Origin: a virus
Lineage: Duplodnaviria > Heunggongvirae > Uroviricota > Caudoviricetes
IMG/VR virus record: IMGVR_UViG_3300032167_000069
Reading direction: 5' to 3' (one strand)
DNA length: 12,402 nt
The notes under the pieces are model-generated. The model saw only the letters and a program-made list of their open reading frames with translations. It was not told the origin of the DNA and made no database searches. Each line of letters starts with the position of its first letter. Positions within the stretch are counted from its first letter, which is position 1. This document shows positions 1 through 5,344 of this stretch, piece after piece. A program made the position numbers and the translations under genes.

Positions 1-1321
1 TAAAACCAAAAGCCTCAATTACTTCATACAAGCCGAGAATGCCCATTGTACAATACTGCTTATCCATTTCAATCGCACCGTCTTGATAATTAGGTAATAA
101 ACCTTTTTCAACATTGCGCTTGATAATATGTCTTACAACATCAAGTGTTTTACAGCACAATGAAGCACGCTTTCTAAGCAAAGCCAAGTACTTTTTCTCA
201 TCACACTCTGTCTCAAGAGCAATACGCATAAGGTTGATTGTATTAACCTTTACAGAGCCAATAGATAAAGCTGTTCCGCCAATTGAATTAATAAATGCAT
301 TCAGCTTAGTTGTATCTGATAATAACCTACAACAATTGGATAAAGTTCCGACATCTCCGCTTACAAAGAAATTGCTGTCATTCCAAGTCGTGTTATGATC
401 TGAACACCAGCGAGCAAAAGGTTCATCAACAAATTTGCCGTTCTGATATAAGAGCGAATATGTTAATACGGGGAACGTAAACATATTTTCACTTCTTATT
501 TCTGACACAACTTCCATAAATATCTTTTGATGTTCAATTAAAGCTTCAATTTCATCAATGACATATGTTCCATCTGGATATTTAACCCCACCGAACAATG
601 ACTCAATGTAATTTCTGTCAAATATCGAAACATTAACAAAAGCCGTCTGGTCAATTCTCATAAATGGCTGATTAAGTCTGTATATCAACTTTTGGAATGT
701 TTGTCTTATGTAATACTCTGGAGATTTAATAACATATCCTGTTTCACAGTCTTTTTTCCAGAAGTAATATGTCCAAATTAAAATATTTGGAATGCCAACT
801 GCACCGGAGCTTCTGTTACTCATATAACTGATATATTCAATTACATCATCTACGAATGTTGTAAGGTGTTTCGGTGGCTGATTATTATAATTAGGCAAAA
901 AGAAAAGACCATCTGTTGCGAGTCTTGTTAAGTCGTATGCGTAGCAATATGGGAGATACGTTGTTGACGGAGCATCGTGTAAGTAAAAACCTCCATTGTA
1001 CTCTGTTTCCAACCACTCTTTCGCAATACGTAAATTGTATTTCTTTTTGAGTTCATAAAATATCTTATTAAATGCAAATAACTTATCGTGAGATTTACCT
1101 TTTTCGCTTAACAGGCTTCTAATGTCCTTGCTTGAAGCATTTGCATTTGCATCTATGGTTACATCTGCTACGTTTTTATCTACAAAACTGTCAATAAAAT
1201 CTGAAAAGTTTAATTGTGATTCGTGTATGCCATTAAGAATTTCAAAATCCTCTCCATACTTTTCATTCATCACAAGCATAGCCTTTTCAAAATCTTTGTT
1301 CATTTTTAACGGTATATTCAT
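1..1321 (-). CDS. nrdD: Class III (anaerobic) ribonucleoside-triphosphate reductase, N-terminal ~440 aa, truncated by the window edge
   Basis: Not in the ORF track because there is no stop in the window. Manual translation from ATG at 1321 gives MNIPLKMNKDFEKAM...GFYLHDAPSTTYLPYCYAYDL...PPKHLTTF...SNRSSGAVG...RLNQPFMR...FTFPVLT...LSNCCRL...GSVKVNTINLMRIA...TMGILGLYE, open to position 2. These match NrdD motifs. No N-terminal ATP cone is evident. RBS AGGAG upstream; the start abuts the redoxin stop (TAA ATG). Confidence 0.93.
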   Translation of the reverse strand, partial: MNIPLKMNKDFEKAMLVMNEKYGEDFEILNGIHESQLNFSDFIDSFVDKNVADVTIDANANASSKDIRSLLSEKGKSHDKLFAFNKIFYELKKKYNLRIAKEWLETEYNGGFYLHDAPSTTYLPYCYAYDLTRLATDGLFFLPNYNNQPPKHLTTFVDDVIEYISYMSNRSSGAVGIPNILIWTYYFWKKDCETGYVIKSPEYYIRQTFQKLIYRLNQPFMRIDQTAFVNVSIFDRNYIESLFGGVKYPDGTYVIDEIEALIEHQKIFMEVVSEIRSENMFTFPVLTYSLLYQNGKFVDEPFARWCSDHNTTWNDSNFFVSGDVGTLSNCCRLLSDTTKLNAFINSIGGTALSIGSVKVNTINLMRIALETECDEKKYLALLRKRASLCCKTLDVVRHIIKRNVEKGLLPNYQDGAIEMDKQYCTMGILGLYEVIEAFGF

Positions 1322-1528
1322 TTATCGTACACTCCTGTTCTTTAGCCATTCTACTGCTGTTGAAAAACTCATCTTAATGTCATTGACCTGTAGAACAGGC
1401 ACAGCATCAATTCCTTGTGCTGCAATCTTCTCAACGTCATCCACTTCGCAATAGTCAATATTGGCAGCGTCTAACTTCTCTTTTAAAACATTGCATTTCG
1501 GACAATGTGTAGTATATAAAATGTTCAT
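1322..1528 (-). CDS. Glutaredoxin/NrdH-like redoxin (68 aa)
   Basis: CPKC active site near the N-terminus (LYTTHCPKC), cis-Pro motif AVPVL, correct size, and position directly upstream of nrdD. Confidence 0.88.
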   Translation of the reverse strand: MNILYTTHCPKCNVLKEKLDAANIDYCEVDDVEKIAAQGIDAVPVLQVNDIKMSFSTAVEWLKNRSVR

Positions 1529-1546
1529 TTTATTAACATTCTCCTT

Positions 1547-2107
1547 TCAACAAAATTGCGATTTCACCACATTATAAATTTCTTCCCAATTGTAAACACG
1601 CAACATTCCGTTCTTTTCTGCATCATAACTACGATTATGAGGTGCATCCATAAGAATTTTTATATATTTTCCACCCTCAAGGTTATGCACTCCATCATCA
1701 ATCAAAATATCACCGTTTACTAATTGCTTGTTTGAAGTAATGATTACATTCTTCCAAGAAATAAACGGGAAGTGTTTTTCTAAAACATTTTCAATTTTAC
1801 TCTTTATATCTGTATAATGTGATGTTGTAACAATATAAATATTGTGTCCATCATCAATGAGCCTTTTTATGTACTCAACGCTTCCCGGAAGAGGTTGCAC
1901 CTTACTCCAAAAATTAGGATTATGTAATGGAGCGTATATCTCTGTTTTTGTTAAAGATGGAAATACTTTAGTCATATCCCAAACAAAAACCTCATCATAT
2001 TTAACATCCGTTCCATAAGCCTTGTTTAATTCGTTAACCCAACATTCTAATAAATTTTCAATTGTATCATCCATATCAATCAGAATGGTAAGCTTTTTCT
2101 TATTCAT
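1547..2107 (-). CDS. 5'(3')-deoxyribonucleotidase (NT5C-like, HAD superfamily)
   Basis: HAD motif I ILIDMDDT, IVTT, K, and motif IV LIDDGVHNL. Start reassigned to ATG at 2107 (MNKKKLTILIDMD, RBS AAGGTG, 8-nt overlap with the upstream stop) instead of the track's 2206, which lies deep inside the upstream gene. Confidence 0.88.
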   Translation of the reverse strand: MNKKKLTILIDMDDTIENLLECWVNELNKAYGTDVKYDEVFVWDMTKVFPSLTKTEIYAPLHNPNFWSKVQPLPGSVEYIKRLIDDGHNIYIVTTSHYTDIKSKIENVLEKHFPFISWKNVIITSNKQLVNGDILIDDGVHNLEGGKYIKILMDAPHNRSYDAEKNGMLRVYNWEEIYNVVKSQFC

Positions 2108-2474
2108 TTTCTTCACCTTTGATGTAATGAGGCATATCATCCAGCTCCCACATACCAAGCTCTTGATAGTGCATAATTGCGAAAATATTCCAAGCCGCTG
2201 CTGCAAGATGGTCTTCGTCTGTCATACCCATTACATACTTATCCAAATGTCTTTTAGCTGAGTCTACACATCTTGAAAAAGGTATTCCCTTTTCCCAATT
2301 ACGATCTGCATACTTTTGAGCACCAAGCTCATACCACTCTGCTAATCTACGAACAGCAAAAGGTGAGATTAAATCATATCTTCCCTTGCCTATTGATGGT
2401 TCTCTGATGGCTTTGTTTTCACCGTATGAAATACGCTCTCCGCCGTCATTAATCTTATTTTTTAAATCTTCCAT
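2100..2474 (-). CDS. DUF5664-type dATP/dGTP diphosphohydrolase domain protein (124 aa)
   Basis: Recognisable pattern KGRYDLI...GAQKYADRNWEKGIP.SR..DSAKRHL....DEDHLAAAAWN. RBS AAGGAG upstream. Substrate specificity is not established from sequence. Confidence 0.82.
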   Translation of the reverse strand: MEDLKNKINDGGERISYGENKAIREPSIGKGRYDLISPFAVRRLAEWYELGAQKYADRNWEKGIPFSRCVDSAKRHLDKYVMGMTDEDHLAAAAWNIFAIMHYQELGMWELDDMPHYIKGEENE

Positions 2475-2495
2475 CTGTGTTCTCCTTATATGTAT

Positions 2496-3143
2496 TTAAT
2501 TTATCCACTTAATTGTTGTGTCGCCTGCATACCCCTTTGTCCATACAAACCAAGCGTAACATTTAGCAGATGACATTCTCTTTGGACTACCATCTCTATT
2601 GTAAATTGTGTTACCCTCTTTGTCTTTTGCTGTAAAATCACCATTCATACCGCAAAGAACTCGATTAACACAAACATATACCGTCTCAGGTGGTGTAGCA
2701 ATAAAAAGCTCTCTTCTTGAATCACTTTCTAAAAACTGAATAGGAAGAAATAAAGCTAATTTATTACCATCGTCCAATAACTTCAAAGAATGTTCAACCC
2801 ATTCTTTCGCATATTTATATGGCGGATTTGTAACGATGTTTGGTGCGAGAGCTTTATCGCATTCAAAGAAATCAACTCCACCGACACCGTAACCTCTATC
2901 AATCAAATCTGTGTCAACAACATCGTATCCAAGCTCCTTAAACCTTTTGGATAAATGTCCTTCACCGCAACAATTTTCCCAAATACCACCTTCAAACTTT
3001 TCTACACTACATATTAAATCAGCCGCTAATGGCTCAGTTGCATAATAGTCGTGCTCTGCTCTTTCGTGGTCTGTATGATTGCTCGCTCCTAATGTAGCAA
3101 ACGTAGTTTTCTTGTTGCCTGTCCAATCTTGTTCTTTTCTCAT
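2496..3143 (-). CDS. Orphan amino-DNA methyltransferase (N6-adenine or N4-cytosine), phage type
   Basis: SAM-binding motif I (IWENCCGEGHLS), then DLID.GYG, VDFF and catalytic NPPY; also DYYATEP and YAWFVW. ATGA overlap with the upstream gene. No cognate restriction enzyme in the window. Confidence 0.88.
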   Translation of the reverse strand: MRKEQDWTGNKKTTFATLGASNHTDHERAEHDYYATEPLAADLICSVEKFEGGIWENCCGEGHLSKRFKELGYDVVDTDLIDRGYGVGGVDFFECDKALAPNIVTNPPYKYAKEWVEHSLKLLDDGNKLALFLPIQFLESDSRRELFIATPPETVYVCVNRVLCGMNGDFTAKDKEGNTIYNRDGSPKRMSSAKCYAWFVWTKGYAGDTTIKWIN

Positions 3144-3910
3144 GCGCTCTCACCAACCTCATCTATGAAGATAAACTCTTGTGAATAAGGCAATGTGCGA
3201 GCCCAAGAAATAAAATTTGACAAATTAACATCATCTATGCCCGACCACTCGTTAAGTTTATGAAAACGTCTTTGACCTTTACTACACATAGCAAGTAAAT
3301 TTTCATAATTCATTGTTACTGTTCTGGTCTGCAACCAACTTTCTGGCAACCATCGAATTAACTCTTTCCAGTAATACTTTGCCTGTGCCTTACAATGCTT
3401 TCTCTCTGCTTCTGATAAGTGTTCAAGTTTTGATTTTTCAACATAAGTCAAATAATATTTTCTCAACTCTTCTAATCCATCAATTAATTTATGAACACCG
3501 TCATTATTAAGAGAAAATTCTGGCTGATAGTCATCAATTTCAAAACAATCAATTGTTATAGGATTGCTTGTGATTTTGTGCATCGTGCTTGTTGAATTGG
3601 CAACTGTACCAACCTTATATGTATCAAATTCTTTCCACCAATATAGTGGAGCTGTAATATCAACAGAAACAAATATCTGCCTCATAAATTTTCTATGTTC
3701 GCTACCTGCACGGATAAGTGTTTGTGCAAGCCTTAAATCATTTTCACCAATGAAAAATCCGTATTCTCCACACATAATAGCTGGCTCGTGGTTTTCATTT
3801 GCAATATCTTTTGTCCATCCGCTGTCGCTCTTATCCCAACTATTTTTTGGATTTCTCATACCTCTAAGTGCGTGTTCAAATCCCCACACTTCTGTATTTT
3901 CAAATTTCAC
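3140..3910 (-). CDS. ThyX/Thy1-like protein (FAD-dependent thymidylate synthase-like, divergent active-site motif)
   Basis: Start reassigned to GTG at 3910 (GGAGGT at 3916-3921; MKFENTEVWGFEHALRGMRNPKNSWDKSDS). AGSEHRKFMRQI.VSVDITAPLYWWKEFDTYKVGTVANSTSTMHKI and C-terminal LPESWLQTRTVTMNYENL align by eye with the ThyX layout, but the canonical RHR motif is absent. Confidence 0.65.
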   Translation of the reverse strand: MKFENTEVWGFEHALRGMRNPKNSWDKSDSGWTKDIANENHEPAIMCGEYGFFIGENDLRLAQTLIRAGSEHRKFMRQIFVSVDITAPLYWWKEFDTYKVGTVANSTSTMHKITSNPITIDCFEIDDYQPEFSLNNDGVHKLIDGLEELRKYYLTYVEKSKLEHLSEAERKHCKAQAKYYWKELIRWLPESWLQTRTVTMNYENLLAMCSKGQRRFHKLNEWSGIDDVNLSNFISWARTLPYSQEFIFIDEVGESA

Positions 3911-4430
3911 CGTAAACCTCCAGCAATGCTTTTTGCGGTGCAAAATCCTTAAAAAGCTCAATCTCTTTAAATAACCTTGCCCGTATAGCATCTTCCTTTA
4001 ATTCAAACCTTCCGATAAATAATTTTTTACAGTTATATGTAATACTTGCCGTCCATTTATTTCTTTGTTTATCATAATGAACTCCCGTAATACCCGATTT
4101 GTTTGTAGAGAGCAAACCTCTATTTCGCATATTTTCAGAACGCTTACAGGTTCTTAGATTGGATTTTCGATTGTCTGCTCTATTCTTGTTGATGTGGTCA
4201 ACAAACTCATTTGGTTTTGCATTTATAACAATCCTATGAAACCTTGCAAAACATAGCTTTCCGGCATAAAAATAGTTATGTGTTAAATAACCATCTTTGT
4301 CCTTATACCACACTCTGCTCTCTACAATATCAAGGTCGTCTAAATCAAAGTAAAACGGTGTATTTTGGACATAAATAATGCCATAGTTATCGAATAGTTC
4401 TATCGTATTATCGTTGTGCAAAAGCATCAT
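3900..4430 (-). CDS. Free-standing HNH endonuclease with C-terminal AP2 DNA-binding domain (putative homing endonuclease)
   Basis: HNH motif VDHINKNRADNRKSNLRTCKRSENMRN, followed by AP2 signature NKSGITGVHYDKQRNKWTASI...IGRF...EDAIRAR. ATGA overlap upstream and 11-nt overlap with the thyX-like gene. Confidence 0.92.
   Translation of the reverse strand: MMLLHNDNTIELFDNYGIIYVQNTPFYFDLDDLDIVESRVWYKDKDGYLTHNYFYAGKLCFARFHRIVINAKPNEFVDHINKNRADNRKSNLRTCKRSENMRNRGLLSTNKSGITGVHYDKQRNKWTASITYNCKKLFIGRFELKEDAIRARLFKEIELFKDFAPQKALLEVYGEI
3916..3921 (-). promoter_or_regulatory. Shine-Dalgarno GGAGGT for the thyX-like gene, embedded in the HNH 3' end
   Basis: GGAGGT 5 nt upstream of GTG at 3910. Confidence 0.8.
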
Positions 4431-4439
4431 CCCTTTTGC
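4418..4439 (-). repeat. Inverted repeat / mRNA hairpin over the HNH start codon
   Basis: The mRNA reads GCAAAAG-GGAUGAUG-CUUUUGC: a perfect 7-bp stem with both candidate AUGs in the 8-nt loop. Confidence 0.55.
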
Positions 4440-4636
4440 TTTTTATTTCCCAAAGATACTTCGCAGAATTTAACAATATCAGCAATTCTTTCTTCAGGAG
4501 ATTTCTTTGTGTTTGTTGCTTTATCGTGAATTACTTTGCATATTGCTCTTCCAGCTTGCAACATTCCATCGTTAAAGCTTTTTTGAAAACCTTCTTCAAA
4601 AGTTTTCTTGAGCATTTTTTCATCTTGCTTATTCAT
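4427..4636 (-). CDS. Hypothetical protein (69 aa)
   Basis: RBS AGAGGT; packed 2 nt after the upstream stop and overlapping the downstream start. No recognisable motif. Confidence 0.7.
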   Translation of the reverse strand: MNKQDEKMLKKTFEEGFQKSFNDGMLQAGRAICKVIHDKATNTKKSPEERIADIVKFCEVSLGNKKQKG

Positions 4637-4638
4637 AA

Positions 4639-4884
4639 TTAACCTCTGCTTAATACTCTTTCAAATTCATCAATATCGACTTCTTCTGGCTCAACATCAA
4701 CTATTGCCTTAACAAAACAATTTTCAGACCAATTACTACTCACATAAGTTAATGTATCCTTGAAATCAAAAGGCTCGTACTTATTCATAAATGGGGTTAG
4801 TATGTCTTCCCATCTTGTATCAGTATTTCGTGTCCAATATATTTTGCCAGTATCAACAAGTTTGTCAAAGAAATCTTCTCTCAT
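4639..4884 (-). CDS. Hypothetical protein (81 aa, acidic C-terminus)
   Basis: RBS GAGGT with a TAA-ATG junction to the upstream gene. No recognisable motif. Confidence 0.7.
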   Translation of the reverse strand: MREDFFDKLVDTGKIYWTRNTDTRWEDILTPFMNKYEPFDFKDTLTYVSSNWSENCFVKAIVDVEPEEVDIDEFERVLSRG

Positions 4885-5085
4885 TTATTCTACCTCTGTA
4901 ATTGGATTGATTTTACACATTGGCAAAATCATATCCATTGTTTTATCAAAACAATCGCAACAAAGATTTAGGGAAACTTTGCTTCCGTCGTGGATTGAGC
5001 CATATCCAACATTTCGTTCAAGAGAAAAATCTTCTTGAGTGTCCCAAAAATCAAAATCCTTGCCGCACATATTGCATTTTTTCAA
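4885..5085 (-). CDS. Small putative zinc-binding protein (CxxC...CCxC), ~66 aa
   Basis: CNMC near the N-terminus and LCCDC near the C-terminus, with GYGSIHDG between. Start reassigned to TTG at 5085 (GGAGGT at 5093-5098); the track start at 5112 overlaps the upstream gene. Confidence 0.75.
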   Translation of the reverse strand: MKKCNMCGKDFDFWDTQEDFSLERNVGYGSIHDGSKVSLNLCCDCFDKTMDMILPMCKINPITEVE

Positions 5086-5090
5086 AACTT

Positions 5091-5333
5091 TTACCTCCGA
5101 ATTCTCAAACAAGCTTTTATCTTGTTTAATATTTTTGAGATTTTTGAAGGCTTTTCCCGATCAATTACTTGCCACAAATCTCCTACTGATTCATCCACCA
5201 AAGCCTCTGCTTTGATGTCAATAACCACTCTTGGCAACTTCAATACGCTATCCTTGCCGATTGGCTGATAAACGGTATATGTATTATCCGCATTTTTAAT
5301 AAATTTGGCAGTTTCAAGATTTAAGTTCAGCAC
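5091..5333 (-). CDS. Hypothetical protein (~80 aa, basic C-terminus)
   Basis: Fills the gap after dnaE. AGGAG sits 8 nt upstream of the in-frame GTG at 5333; the track's GTG at 5342 overlaps that RBS. Confidence 0.65.
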   Translation of the reverse strand: MLNLNLETAKFIKNADNTYTVYQPIGKDSVLKLPRVVIDIKAEALVDESVGDLWQVIDREKPSKISKILNKIKACLRIRR

Positions 5334-5344
5334 TAATATCACTC

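Noticed and set aside
1137-1152. Tandem GCATTT repeat
   Set aside because: It simply encodes DANANA in NrdD; no sign of phase variation.
1525-1539. Mini-ORF MLIK overlapping the redoxin start
   Set aside because: Its ATG is only 1 nt from the AAGGAG, too close for efficient initiation; likely chance.
2108-2206. N-terminal extension of the nucleotidase ORF, suggesting a long overlap or frameshift fusion with DUF5664
   Set aside because: A good SD and ATG exist at 2107, no slippery site was identified, and the extension looks like out-of-frame DUF5664 sequence.
3911-3991. Extended N-terminus of the thyX-like ORF
   Set aside because: It overlaps the AP2 domain in another frame; GGAGGT plus GTG at 3910 gives the family-like start MKFENTEVWG.
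3900-4430. HNH ORF as part of a group I intron
   Set aside because: No flanking non-coding sequence for a ribozyme core, and both neighbouring genes appear intact.
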